From assembly GCA_951406725.2 (NCBI GenBank), contig OX597819.1:98642001-98706000 (forward strand): a stretch of DNA of 64,000 nt, read 5' to 3'. Position 1 is the first letter of the stretch. Every line of letters begins with the position of its first letter. The stretch is from Octopus vulgaris (taxonomy: Eukaryota). This document shows, piece by piece, positions 49,210 through 64,000 of the stretch. A model generated the notes under the pieces. It did not search any database and was not told the DNA's origin. It was given only the letters and a program-made list of their open reading frames with translations. The translations under genes and the position numbers were made by a program.

Positions 49210-50678
49210 TAAATACTGTATTTGGTAGCATAAGACACCCTCTCGCATAAGACGATTTTACAAGAAAATTTTGTAGAAAGTCCCAAAAGTACATTTTATC
49301 ATACACCTACTAAAATAAATTTTGATGTAGTTTTGTGGTGAGGAATGTATGATTCTGTGCATTTAGATATAATATTTTGACTGCACACCAGAATAAAGTG
49401 TGAAACCATAAATTATTATTGATACATTATGAATATATTACGCATCCCAACGTTAACTGCTTTTAGATTAATTGTATTGTTTAAATTTTAATCAAAAGAA
49501 TTGCTATAGAGGATGTAAAACTTGTGTTTTTGACTGTTTTGTATTACCGTGATCAGTTACCAAGATGGCGCATCGCTGCAATAGTTTTGTTGTCACCCAT
49601 TCATTGCAAATAGCTAATAAGCAGATGAAATTTAAAGGTACACTTTTCATCTTTCTTAGATAAATTTTGATTTAGACAATAAAAAATTCTTCTTAAATGT
49701 AACACATCCTTTGAATAATGTAAGACATATATCAAAAGTTTTGTATGCTGTGGTAGGAGCTGATGCGACATCTCCACGTAATTGCTGACGTACCATTAGC
49801 AACCTCTTGTAAGTCTGTGGCAACAGACTCATAATTTCGCTTGTTTTCATTTGCTTATTATTAGTAACAATGTTTGTGCCAAGCTGATTTAAGCTCATTC
49901 GGCTCCTTAGACATTCGATCGAATTAGACACTGAGAAATATTTCGATGTATTAAAAAAACAAAACAAAAAGCAAGTCTTCTACGTCGGTAAATACGGCAC
50001 ACAGGTGACATTAAAATACTACTGCAAAAATAATACAATCATGGCAAAGGACCAATGAAATACTGTAGAGATTCAAATACATTCAAACGCATCAGATACT
50101 GTACTGTATTATTAATAAACTATTGTCTATAAAAACATCATATTGTTGGTATTTCTCTTTCGATATTGTGTGGTGGTGGTAATCAGTGTCGGCCTGATAT
50201 TCTGTGCCGACATTATATTCTGTATGATATTCTATGTTGGAATTCTGTGTTCGTTTTCATATTTTGCGCTCTTGGAATTTTATTAAACAGCTATTATCGC
50301 TTGTGAGACGGTGTCACAATAGTTTGAGTCTATTGTTGTCATTGTTTCATTACCTTCCTTTAACTGATGTGGGCAGATATTATGTCTGCCTTTGGCGGAA
50401 GATATGTTGAGGACGTGACTGCCAATTCCTTATCAACCTCTTCAGATTTCACACGAAGATGTAAATGACAAGGGAGAAAGGCATCCCACTTCTGTAAATT
50501 TTTCAGAAGGCTAATAAAGTATTTCCCACCTGAATGGCCTTTCTGTAGGTATGTCCCTGTGAATCGGGGATTGAGAGCTGTGAGAGGAATTTACCCTAGG
50601 TAGTCGGAATAACCAAGAATGGCTCCTAGACAGATGACAACAGACGTACATTTGACTGGCAAATAAATGCCCAATATA

Positions 50679-50926
50679 TAGCTACTCATGTACCAATAAT
50701 GAATGGAGTAAAGTCCATAATTTTGTATCTCTTTCATTTGCTAGATGGCTACTATATTAGATAGATCTCTGCCGTTTCTGATAAAGGCGATTATCAGGCG
50801 ATTATTGATATTCGACGTAAACATGAGACTTCCGTAACAACCCCATTTGCTTCTTGTTATGAATCCATGATTAATTCTATAAAAAACAAACAAACAACAA
50901 GCACGCCCCAGACATGGGGTTAAACA
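50679..50926. repeat. 248-bp direct repeat, copy 1
   Basis: Gap-free match to 55530-55777 with about 9 mismatches by eye. Confidence 0.95.
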
Positions 50927-52153
50927 TGGGGTTAAACATGGGGTTATATCAACCTGAAGACAGCCATTTATCTGAATGGACAGTTGGCCGAACTCACTTT
51001 CAACCGACAAGAAAACAACGGAAGAAACAATTGGTAAATTAGTTGTTTATTTTAAAACTTGTAGAAAATGATATGAAAATCATTTTCGATTTAACTAGCG
51101 ATTGTCAAACGTAAGAAACAACCTGCACTTTTAGAAGCAGTGTATGTTATATTTGGAAACATTCGGCATTAATTTCCCCATTTTCATTTTAATTAGTGGT
51201 TGATTGCCTGTTTGAACTTTTTAATCACACCTCAAACCAAAATAACGTCAATTAGCTTATCTAGACCCTCTCGAATTTTCTATTCAGAAAGAAATATTTA
51301 CTTCTTTTTAGATCATAGAATTTTATATCAACAACAAAAAGTGGCAGACAGCTCTTGTTAGATGGCTAAGTCTACATCGTTGATAAACATAATATAACAT
51401 ATTAGCAATATGAACGTTAAGAAAGTTGTGGAGGGCAGTTAGAGCCGGAAAAAAATCTGGAAAAGTAAGTAATATTATTCCCTCTCAGTCCTTGGGAAAA
51501 CATTAGAAACTGAAAGAAGATCCAGATAGAGAAAATAATACTGACTGTCATTCAAAGCTGCAATAATGAAGAATCAATGTTGCAAATACTCTTCCTAAGA
51601 AAAATGCTTTAGCAAAAGGGTGCGCGTACAACGTACGTCACCAAGTGGGAACATTTTCACCGAATTTTGGGAAATGAATTAGAGGAAGAAAAGACTTTGC
51701 CATTCATGACAGCCTGCAAATTCTATCAACTCCTCGAATCTGGCAGCTTCTTGCCTTCAATGAAGGAAATTTTGCTACAGCGCCGCCAGGGCGCCAGTTA
51801 TATACAGTACATGTTTAACTATTTGGGAGCTTTACAATTACGTCAGTATACTGCATAACAAAGAACAAAAAGTAAACAATGTATGACATAATTTATATCA
51901 ACCTGAAGAAAGCGAAATAAGATCTTAATCCAGTTTCAGTTAGCACTGTCTATGAAAGAGTGACTTTAGTAGCAACGATGTACACCCTTATTTTCTTTTT
52001 GATCCCGTATCATTTGACTTTTGGGCCGTTGCAATGGATGCTAGAGATATTGAGAAGTATCCTACTTGAACTGGGATGATAGAAGATCATATTTCCATAT
52101 GCAGACGAAATCACTGCCAGTTTAGAACACCTGAAAAATAGAGTTAGTATGCA

Positions 52154-52950
52154 CAGAGTGGGCCAAAATTCACAAAGAGTTGCAATATTTGATAAGTTTT
52201 TTGAAAATTAATTTCTTCATGTTTTTACAGATTTTATAAAAAAGTCCTTGGAGATTAACCATAGAAAAGTTCACGACCTAACTGCGGACACAAATTGTGA
52301 AATTTTGCTATCACAATCATTGGTTCTAAGCGAACTAATGATTAAACGTTTGATTGGTTCAGTAAGCGACCTCCTACCATCTGGCAGACTCTGCACTATC
52401 AGGAACGAAACTCCAGCCATGCGTGTAAGGGAGAGTGTTGAAGACCCAAGCGTATCAACATGAAGACTGTCTGGACAAGATGGAATCTCCCGGATATGTT
52501 CCAACAGGACGGAGCCTCAGCTCACACAACTAGGACCACAATCAAATTACTCAGGTTTATTCTTGAGGGAAGAATAACTTCCCACGTTTGGAACATATGC
52601 TGGCCATCACGTTCTCCAGATCTGACGGATCCTCATTTCTTCCTATGAGGATATCACACAGAAAAATTATCTTAATGAGTCTCAGACACTTTAACAACTT
52701 AAGAACAATATCCAGACCGAAATCAGAGCACATTGGAACCTGAAACATTAAAGGCTGCCATGGAAAATGCCTCAGAAAGAGCACGTTTACGCGAAGTAGA
52801 AAATGGATGTCATTTACTAGATATGACTTTTCATACGTTGTGTAAATTTATTTTCTATGTTACTGAATATGGCACTATTGTAAATTTTAAACGGAAAGTA
52901 ACAGGAGTTATTAAACATTTAAACCGTTTCGTGACTTTTGTCCCATCCTG
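52154..52950 (+). mobile_element. Internally deleted Tc1/mariner element of rosa/DD41D type
   Basis: FQQDGASAHT...WPSRSPDLT...FFL motif; ~20-bp imperfect TIRs cagagtgggccaaaattcac / gtgacttttgtcccatcctg. Confidence 0.8.
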
Positions 52951-55529
52951 TACTAAACTGAAGGAATACCAGCTGACACAGGAATACCAATTAATCAGAA
53001 TAAGTTGCATCCTGGAGAGTCAGTTTTTTTTGTCTGTCACGTGTTTTGTGCCCACTTTTCCATCTGCTGACAATATCCTTTACACAGAGCTTGATGTCGG
53101 ACATTTAAGTAACTCTGATTGCATAGTATCTGGGAAGATTCCTGGATGGCGAACAAGTCAACGTTTATCAAGTACGTTTTCTCATTTACGGAGCAATAGT
53201 TCTCGACCAGTCCGTATAGGCGCTTATCGTTCTTTACCAATCGGTCAATGTGGTTGCTGATAAATCGATTCTTCCATTCTATAGAGGAGGAGGGTGGGGT
53301 AAAAATAAGTTCCAGGTGTTGACGAAGATCAAAAGAACAATCTATTCATGGGAACTTTCCTCATAGGGTTTATGAACTACTCTTGGAAATCCCAAGCTCG
53401 ACAGCGGTACAGGTTGAAGTGTGGAGTAGACTATACAGACATAATGGTGTCGTCAGCCGGGTTTGTTTAAGGTGCATACAAACTGACAAAATGGTTCTAC
53501 ACATAATCATTCAGTGTCAGAGTATTGTTGTTTTGTAGTTTTATGTCTAACTGCTTTTGATGCATGCAGGATTGACCAGGCTTCTAATGAAATTCATTTT
53601 GACAATCACTTCATAAACCCCCTTTGTCCGTGAACGAAACCGGTGGCAGTGTTTCGTTATCTTGTTGCTATGGCAAAACAGGTTGAATATAGATAAGACT
53701 GAAAAGGCCAAGATTTTCTTCTGCAGCATGTGATCATCATCTTTTTAAAGTTCACTTGGATAAGAAAGTAATAGCGGAAAGTATTGTCTTCCAGTGAATT
53801 CATTGAAAGGTAAATCAGAGTGGCGAGAATTGTATACATCAACAGTCTTACTTCCAGCATGCACCTGTACGTCGGAGAACATAACTAAGCGACGGAACTT
53901 GCCCAGGTTAATCTTAGAACAGTAGCGATTAGTCATTTTTTCGTGAATAAACACTGAGTGGCGTGAAAAACACTTGAATGAAAGTACAAAATTAATACTC
54001 ATGAATACTCTATGGCTGAAATACACATAATCAGGTGGCTCGCTGCTAGTATACGCAATGTAGTGGTCCAAGAAATTTTAATCGATTAAAAATAGATTGT
54101 TGGACAATGCAGTTTGAAATAAGTCTGAGATTGGCAGTACGGTGACATGTGCGGATAATTTTTTTCTTCACCGTAAGTGAGTAAAATTCTGTGAATTTTC
54201 ATTACTAAAGCAACAGCGGTCATTTGTTAGAATATCAACAATAAACCCATTTACATAATACTATCGAGTTCTTAAATAGTGGATCAACAAGATTACCATA
54301 TATATAACCCAAGTCTTTCCCTCTGTGGGACATTATGCGTCTGCAAAAATATTTGGTTATATTTATATTCTGATGAAGAAGGATTACAAATCTGAGTTAT
54401 TGCAAACGGAAAAAAAATTCAGTACAATGTATGCATTCTTGTCGCAGAAGTTATAATGCCTCTCTACGAGCTATGTTTTTGCCTCTACCTGTAATATCAT
54501 TGTATTCAATATTCTCAAAGCATTAACAATTGCAGTTGTATTATAGCAGCAAATACGAACGATTTACTCTGGTAAAATGACGTCAGTAAAATGCAATAAT
54601 GGAGCTTTGTGAAGCTTAGCACAGCATCAATTAGTATAGCATCGACAGTCTATTCTACCTCGGCAGCTGTCACGGGTTTAAGAAAAATATGTGAACACTT
54701 TCCAAAGCATCAATTATTCTACAATTTTCTTATGTGCATATATTTTTAATCTTTTGTTTATTTGCTGTCACTACCAGTTTGCTAACTCTCTTGCCAGCAT
54801 TAAGGGTCCTAGAATTAAAACTGCAGAAATGCTCAGATGTGGGATTTATGCTTGGATGGAAGGTTACAGATCCAAGCAGCTGAGTTATTTCTATGGGGAT
54901 AGTTACTACGACATTGCCTTTGTCGTTAATTGAAAATATTGCTAATTCAGGACAGTTTTTTTTTACACGGTAGTGGATTTATAGCCTTTTGCTATTAGTC
55001 GGCATAACAATCAAACGCATGTCATACAATTACCTTGGTTTATCAAGTAGAGGTGCGTAAATATATTGTAGGATTGTCCGTATGACACTGACATCTGTAG
55101 TATCCCACAGACCTATCCAAGGTTATACCTTAAAATATTATAAATCTGGTTTCGATAGTACTCTGACTAAATTAGGACAATACTCAGTAAGGGTTAACTG
55201 TCACTACCTAGTGACTGTCCTAACTGTGTATAGTTTCGATTCTGTTCTAAGATAAGATTCAACGCACGGTCATCACTATTTAGCAGTTTTAGAGGACTTT
55301 GATACTACAAAGTCTAGTAAACAAAACTATAACTGCACACGAAAATGATACCCGTCCGACTCGTCGTCGACCTTATCGTCATCACCACCATCATTTTCTT
55401 CATATCAGTTCCATTCACAATTATCACTCCAAGCGTCTAAACGAACCTATACCTACATATGACTTCCATGTAGACATTGAATTGGTAAGATATAATGGTT
55501 CGTGGAAACTTGGCGAAGGTTTACATATG

Positions 55530-55777
55530 TAGCTACTCATGTACCAACAATGGATGGAGCAAAGTCCATAATTTTGTATCTCTTTCATTTGCTAGATGGC
55601 TACTATATTAGATAGTTCTCTGCCGTTTCTGATAAAGGCGATTATCAGGTGATTCTTGATATTCGACGTAAACATGAGACGTCCGTAACAACTCCATTTG
55701 CTTCTTGGTATGAATCCATGATTAATTCTATAAAAAACAAACAAACAACAAGCACGCCCCAGACATGGGGTTAAACA
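55530..55777. repeat. 248-bp direct repeat, copy 2
   Basis: See 50679-50926. Confidence 0.95.
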
Positions 55778-55868
55778 ATCAGCAATATGCAAAGAAAAAC
55801 AGCACATATAGTCATAAATTCTTTATTGTTCGAAGGTAAATAAGTAATGTAATGTTTATTTCACATTA

Positions 55869-55869
<1 letters not shown>

Positions 55870-55921
<52 letters not shown>

Positions 55922-55928
55922 TATATTA

Positions 55929-55961
<33 letters not shown>

Positions 55962-55967
55962 ATGTAC

Positions 55968-56015
<48 letters not shown>

Positions 56016-56024
56016 GCATATATA

Positions 56025-56055
<31 letters not shown>

Positions 56056-56078
56056 GTATATATATATATGTATATAAG

Positions 56079-56117
<39 letters not shown>

Positions 56118-56421
56118 CGTTTTAAAAAAATGGCAAGAATGAGTTAGAACTTAAAAAAAGGCAAATAAGTTGTCAAGAAAGGAATAAGGATTGGATGTTG
56201 AGGGGCTTTCTCTTGAGATTTTCTTTCTCAATAAATTAAAATGATAAAAAGAAATAAATAAACAGCAAATTATTGAAATTATTCAAATATTCAGAATATA
56301 AAGAAAAATAATATTAATAAGCAAAAGAAAAAGAGAGGGCTACTCTAAAAAATCACATTTGGAGGTTACCAACTGAAGCTTTTTATAAGAAAGAACAAAT
56401 ATGTTACGTTGCTATATATAT

Positions 56422-56489
<68 letters not shown>

Positions 56490-56600
56490 GGTTGTACGTA
56501 TATGTATATATGCATTATACATGCATGCATATATATATAAAATGTATGTATGCATATAAATATACATACCTACATATATATGTATGTATTTTTATGTATG

Positions 56601-56643
<43 letters not shown>

Positions 56644-56751
56644 GTATGTTTATATATAGAAATGTATATATATATATATGTCTATATATATATATATATA
56701 CATATATATATACATATATACATATATATATATATATACACACACTCACAC

Positions 56752-56819
<68 letters not shown>

Positions 56820-57078
56820 CCGTATGTACATGCATATTCTTACATGCACATATACACGGGCACGCGCATAAACACAATAAAAAAATGCAAGTTTTTAGAC
56901 TGGAGCACAAATCTGAAAAAGCTAGAAAAAAGTCCATAATAAATAAAATTATAAACCATGAGAATAAAAATAAAATCAAGAAAAAAATCAAGGATATAAA
57001 AATTAAAACATTAATGATTAAAAAATTAGATGTAAATGTTGCAAAATGCGACCGAAGCAGCTCTGGGACACACATAAT

Positions 57079-57117
<39 letters not shown>

Positions 57118-57264
57118 CATAATAATAATAACAAATTATAATTTACTGTGTTGCCTTGGGAAGGTTTATTTTTGAGAAACTTCTCCCCAATCTCTGAAAT
57201 TTACCCCGTCAAAATATAGGATATATTTACAGGAGGCTGCGGGACCAACGAGAAATAATGAAAA

Positions 57265-57295
<31 letters not shown>

Positions 57296-57468
57296 ATAGA
57301 TAAATAAATATATGTAAAAGTAAATAATAAATGAATTATACTGAAAGAGAATTATTATTTCTTCACTGATATATATATATATATATATATTTATGTGTGT
57401 GTATGTATATATATATATATGTATATATGTATGTATATATATATATATATATATACATAGATATATAT

Positions 57469-57517
<49 letters not shown>

Positions 57518-57650
57518 CATACATATACTTATATACTCACATATATATATATATGTGTGTACATATATATACCTACACAAATATATATATATATATATGT
57601 GTATGTATATATATATATATATATATATGCATATACATATATATATACAT

Positions 57651-57719
<69 letters not shown>

Positions 57720-57763
57720 TATACATATATATACATATATATATTGATATACACATATATATA
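55870..57763. repeat. Cluster of complex (TA)n/(TATG)n/(AAT)n/(AAAT)n microsatellites
   Basis: Directly visible. Confidence 0.9.
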
Positions 57764-58059
57764 TCATTTTTTCTGCTTGGTATAAGAAGTAGAAGACTAA
57801 TAGAGCTGAGTTTTTAAGGGGCCGAGGGATAAGGTGAGGGGCTGGAGTTAAAAAAAGTGGGGTCCGATATGTTTATTAGTAGAGAACGTTTGGGCTGGAG
57901 GGGACAGGTAATGGGCTACGGGTTTGGGTATCATGGAGATATGCATATCAAACCAATTTCATTCGTAAAAAATCGAAAAAAACGTTTATGATATAAAAGA
58001 GCAATAGTAGTAGTAGTAGTAGAAGTAGAAGGTAGTAGTGTTATTATTATTAGTAGTGG

Positions 58060-58090
<31 letters not shown>

Positions 58091-58421
58091 TAGTAGTAGT
58101 AGTAGTAGTGGTAATAATAGTGGTAATTATGAAAAGGAAAAGAACAGCCTTAATGGTGGTCGGAGCTTATTAACCAACAACAGCAACAACAACAGCAATA
58201 ATAGCAATGCAACACTACTTCTACTACTAATAGTAGTGGTAGTAGTGGTAGTAGTAGTAGTAGAAGTAGCAGCAGTAGCAGCAGTGGTAGTAATAATAAT
58301 AGTTAGGAAAAAAGAAAGAGAATGGGTTATTACGGTGGTAGTCAGGACGCGTTAACAGCAACAACAGCTACATCTTACATCAACAATAAAAACAGTAGTA
58401 GCAGCAGCAATAATAATAATG

Positions 58422-58515
<94 letters not shown>

Positions 58516-58539
58516 TAATATTAATGATAATAAAAGTAA

Positions 58540-58993
58540 TCCTTTCTACTACAGGCACAAGGCTTGAAATTTTGAGGGGAAGGGACTAGTCGATCACGTT
58601 GACCCCAGTGTTTCACTGGTACTTAATTTATCGATCCCGAAAGGATGAAATGCAAAGTCGACTTCAGCAGAATTTGAACTCAGACCGTAAAGATGGACGA
58701 AATACGGCTAAGCACTTGCCCGGCGTACTTAATGATTCTGCCAGCTCGCCTCCTTTAATAATAATAATAATAATAATAATCCTTTCTACTAAAGGCACAA
58801 GACCTGAAATTTTGGAGCAGGGGAACAGTCGATTACATTGACCGCAGTAATTATCTAGTACTTAATTTATCGACCCCGAAAGGATGAAAGGCAAAGTCAA
58901 CCTCGGCGGAATTTGAACTCAGAACGTAACGACGGGCGAAATACCGCTAAGCATTTCGTCCAGCGCGCTAACTATTCTGTTAGCTCACCACCT

Positions 58994-59055
<62 letters not shown>

Positions 59056-59530
59056 TGACATGGGCAGGATACTTGGGATCATTTTAAAGCAATAGAAATG
59101 AGAAGGTGAGGCTTTTGTGTTTTCACAGGCAAAAAGGTATTTGTTTAAAGGATTCTTCAATTGTGAGGCAGTTGACATTAATAGTAACAAATTCTAACTT
59201 AGGTAAAAGCCGAGAAATTTGGCGCGTCTTCGTCGTTTGTTTCGGCCCATGTACTGGGATGGCACAATATTTTATTGACTCCGAAAGAGTGAAAGGCTAA
59301 GCTGACTCTGGCATTATTTGAACGCAGAAAGTAAAGAGCAGTTACCAAATAGTATAATTTATTTTGTTCGACGCACTTAAGATTCTGCTAATCTATCTAA
59401 CATAATTACAAGGCGGCAAGGGTTTGAGAGAGGGATTACTCGACTAGATCAGTCCTAGTATTCAATTGGTAATATTTTATCGATCCTGGATGTATGAAAG
59501 GCACAGCCTACCTCGGTGTGTCTTGAACTT
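58540..59530 (-). mobile_element. Cluster of SINE family A copies separated by (AAT)n (58540-58755, 58780-58995, degenerate 59180-59530)
   Basis: Family A core motif repeated. Confidence 0.85.
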
Positions 59531-60072
59531 TGATGTCTAAGATTTCTAACATAAGCTGAATGTCACAATCTTTTGAGATATGATGAAGAAATATCCTGGT
59601 ATATAACTGGTATTATTTTGTTGGCCATAATACTTGATTAGTGCTATATTTTGATAACTCCAGAAGGAGAAAAGGCAAAAGTAGATCTTTACGGGATTTG
59701 ATCTCAGAGTGTAAGGGGACACAGCTAAATACCACAACGCATATTTTACAATGGTCAACAGATTCTACCACCTCAGGCAGAAGGTCAAATATTTTGGCGA
59801 GAAGAATCAATTGGTACAGTAGATACCAGTTCATGATTGGTAAGGTGTAGTTCCCATTACACAATGGTAATCCAAATGACAATAGGCGCGTGGATCCTCA
59901 TATTCGGTAGGAGGGTAGAGTCGGATCTAAAGGCCTTCAGTATAATACGGGTGCTAAATTCATCAACCCTGAAAAGGTAGATAATAAGGCAAAATCCCAC
60001 CACTAGATTACTTTTATGGAAGCAATGAAGAAAGAATACAAGAAGAGAAAAAAAGACTAGAGATTGTTAGAC

Positions 60073-60073
<1 letters not shown>

Positions 60074-60146
<73 letters not shown>

Positions 60147-60156
60147 TAGTAGTAGT
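60074..60156. repeat. (GTA)n microsatellite
   Basis: Directly visible. Confidence 0.95.
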
Positions 60157-63150
60157 GTTAGCAGTGTTTTGCTGGTAGTTCTACTGATTGAAGTGGTGGG
60201 GAACACGGTAGAGATACTGGTGCTGGGTCTGATGGTAACCACTGTTTGTCGTTTATGTTGAAGTAGTGGTGATTTGACTTTAGAGTTTGTGGCGACAACT
60301 TACTATCCAATAGAGGTAAATGGACAGATCGATAGACAGACTGATAGATTAACAGATAGTCAGATTCTGCAACTTCGATCTCCATTGTCTGTTACATGTT
60401 AACTACTCAAATCTGGTAACATAAGGCAACGGAAGGTTCTGTTAGTATACACTATAAAATAGATAACTAAAAAGATATTCAGTAGTTGTATGTTACTATA
60501 AATGTATAATTTATTTCATAACTAATGATAATAAATCTATAGTGACTGTGGTATATTTATATTAAGCTAGTACTATGGAGCCGTAGCAAACGGTCAAAGT
60601 TACCGACAAAGAATCAATCCATACGTTTCAGCTATTGTATAGATTAGCTGACATAAAAAATTTATAGTAGTTATGACACCGGTAGAGTGGATTACAGTAA
60701 AATACGAATAGCATAGCGCTGTAATATACATGGGATTACATAAATCCGTAGACCATATCCATAAAATATAACTATGGTGTATAAATCAGAATGTGGCTAT
60801 AGTATATGTCAGCTGGTTAGAAAGTCAGTTGAAAGTAAACATCTTTAAACTGATAGGATTATACACTTGGCATTATACATTATAAAACACGTTTGAAAGT
60901 CGAAGCCTGTTTGTTTTATAGCATATAGTTCCGTAGAGTAAATAGCGTGTAGCGACATGCAGTACAGTACTCTAATATATAGCTAGAAACATAGAACGAT
61001 ATCATAATGCTGGTAACAAAGGGAGGGTTACTTTGATATATCCGATACAAAGCTGTTATAGTATACAGTTGTAAGTAAAGAGCCATAACATAACACTGTT
61101 AAGGTCAAATCTGAGAGAAAAGCTGTGAAAGTGTATCTCTGCAGCAAATAATTCAGGTTCGGTGGCTGATATAAATGCAATTGTAAATGCAAGTAAGAGG
61201 TCAAAGTATTCGGGCTGAAGCCCTTTATCAAGGAAGAACAGAGTTTCGTGTGCTACAGATGAAATGTGTCCAGAAGTAGTGGTCGGAGTAGTAGTATTAC
61301 TTCTTCCTGCTACACTTCATTTTCAGCTCATGACTCCTGTAACTTTGTCATGATTCCTTGTAAGTTCTGAACGACCCAACCTAAAACCAAAAATATTCCG
61401 AGTATGATACGCTAGTCTTTATTTCAGGAACCGTATCTAATACTTCTGATGTGTCAATTTTTGTTTTAAAAACACAGTATGGTACAAACAGAGGTTTTGC
61501 TATTATTACTAGCTAGTTGAGCAACCGCATACATGCTTCTACAGTAGTTCGATGTTATTCAGTTTTTGTAAGGGTTTTAAGCTGGTTGTAGAACTATTGA
61601 ACTGACATAATTTTTATTGTAGTTAACTTTGAATCATTAATACTGTCGTCTAATCAATTATCTACCGATGCTAACTTGGAATTAATTTCACCTGCATTAT
61701 TGTTAATATTTTTGATGTCATTGCTAAAGTTAGTCTTTTTGTTGTTCATATTGTTATTGTCACTTTTTCTTGATGCAGTCGTTGCAGTTGTTGTTGTTAC
61801 CGCAGAAATTTGTCATAGCTGCTGCTACTGTTTTTGTTTGTAGTTGTTGTTGCTGTTGTTGTTTCTTCTACACCGTTCCAGATATGTTATTGTTGCTGTG
61901 ATCGTAGAGACTTTTGCATCAAATGTTGCCACTCCTGCAGTTGTACATTACCATTGTACATTGGAGTAAAAGATTATTGCTAAAATTAGTGCTGCACTCC
62001 AAGCAAGCAAGCAAGCAAGCAAGTGCATCTGTTGCTGGTGCTGGTGCTGCTGAAGATAGTGTAGATAAACAGCTGTGATATTGCTGCTGTTGCTGCTGCT
62101 GTTGTTTTGTGCAGCTAAAACGTTTGTGCCCATACTGCAACCGGTGTTAGCACTTGTGTAGTTGCTGCCTCTTTTACACAGTTGCAGCTTGTGCTGTTGC
62201 TGCAGTAGCTAAATAACTGCATGATTTCTGCAACAAGTATTGTTGTTACTGGTGATGTCGCGAAAACAGCTGACTTATTGCAGTAACTGGTGATGCTGTT
62301 ATTGCAGCCGTAGCTAAACAACTACATCACTGTTTACAGACGGTTGTTGCTGCTGTTGCTGTTGTATCTAAACAACTGCATAATTTGCTGCAACTGGTAT
62401 GTGTTTGATGCTGATGTTGATGAAATTGTTATTTTTTTTGCATTTTTTTTCTGTTTTTCCCGTTTATTAATTAAATATTAATTCAAATTAATTATAATTG
62501 TAATTACACATTTCGTTCAAATCGTTCTTGTGTTCGCCGTCGCCGTTACCACCACCACTGCATCCGCCGCCTCCACTGTCTTCGCAAGAGAGTTATTTGC
62601 CCTTCCTTCATCCCACCTTGCCTCCCGTCTATCTCATCATCACCATCAATAATTCTTGCTATTCGACAGTCAGGAGCTCGTCGGAGCTGGTGACAAACAT
62701 CTGGAGTGACCCACCACTGCCATTAAACTGCCCGAAACATAACTTGGTGCTCGCGTTGTCCAAAGGGAATCATTATAATCATTATATTAATAACAATAAC
62801 AATAACAACAATAATAACAGTAAAAATATTAATAATGATTATAAGAAAAACAGTAATTATAAATAATAACAATAGTAGTAATATTAATAATTATTATAAT
62901 TATAAGTATATTTACTAGTATTGTTGTAATTTTTCTAATGAAAAGAATACATCAAGCTCTTAGCTTGACATATTTCTTCATTAAAATTGTGTAATATACG
63001 TATGAATGCATGCATATTATGTATATGTAAACATACATATATATATATATACACATGCATTTGTATAAACAAACGTATATATATATATTTATATATATAT
63101 ATATATACATAAATGTTTACATAGTCATACATCCACACATTCGTAAATAC

Positions 63151-63239
<89 letters not shown>

Positions 63240-63595
63240 CTTCTAAATTCCAAGTGTCCTGGATTACATGCGGTTCTGCTCCGACTTCAAACAGTCATTT
63301 CTTGTCTGTGTTCTTGTTATTGGTTTATCACAAATATTTTCCTTCGAGGTATTTTGGAATCGCCAGCGTGCTTTGTGTATGTGAAGGTATGTGTGCATGG
63401 GTTTATGGGCGTATAGGTATATATATATATATACATATATGACAACGTGTTTGTGCATGTGAGTGGTGTTGTGGGTATGTGAGGGCTAATTATGTGTATG
63501 TATTTGTGTATGTGTGTGTGCCTATATATAAAGATGCATACATACATACATATATACATAAACGTGAATGTACACATACACGTATATGTATGTAT

Positions 63596-63633
<38 letters not shown>

Positions 63634-64000
63634 GTGTGTGTGTATGTGTGTATGTATATATAGATATAAATGTATGTTTAGTTACATATTCCTAATTTTC
63701 TCTACTTTATATGCATGTTAATATGCATATTCATATGTATGTCCCTATATATATATCTGTATGTAAGTATATTTCTGTGAAATATACAGTAGTATATTTG
63801 AATGTAAGTCTGTAATATTGTATATGAATGTGTGCATGTGTGTTTTGCATATATATATATATATACTTTTTACCTCACGCTGAGGCCCCTTCCACTCGTT
63901 TCAGATATGGATCTATCCACCATTTTGTTGTTTACTTTCCCGCTTACTAACTTGTTTTCTAGCTTCGTTCACTGTTTCGTCGTTCATATTTCTCTTCAGC

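Noticed and set aside
49561-49570. YY1-like motif CAAGATGGCG as a promoter
   Set aside because: A single short motif with no associated exon or CpG island
52960-54200. Possible degenerate Penelope-like RT on the minus strand
   Set aside because: Only faint motif echoes (DFxSLY-, YLD-like); too weak to call without a profile search
61740-62420. Poly-Gln/Ala-rich coding region
   Set aside because: Degenerate GCT/GTT trinucleotide low complexity with frequent stops and no splice-consistent frame

Overview
AT-rich, repeat-dense eukaryotic DNA, very probably an octopus (cephalopod); this is inferred from the recurrent tRNA-derived SINE families and the microsatellite load. Two host genes are supported. 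(1) The last nine coding exons of an SLC6 (Na+/Cl- neurotransmitter/amino-acid symporter) gene on + (3225-19386), with canonical GT-AG junctions and atypical substrate- and ion-site residues. (2) A single-exon, roughly 1020-codon ORF on + (41459-44530) encoding a class A 7TM GPCR with a signal peptide and a ~740-aa N-terminus that reads in frame through an antisense SINE copy. The rest is transposon debris (Tc1/mariner/pogo elements, a Penelope-like element, R4/Dong- and RTE-type LINE fragments, several SINE families) and simple repeats. The most unusual structures are the SINE-containing giant GPCR and a ~1.2-kb composite insertion (31169-32384). The insertion has a tRNA-like head, a minimal hammerhead ribozyme, an inverted terminal copy, internal TTAGGG repeats and a 13-bp target-site duplication, and looks like a Penelope-mobilised SINE/retrozyme-like unit. 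All calls were made by eye; no database searches were run.
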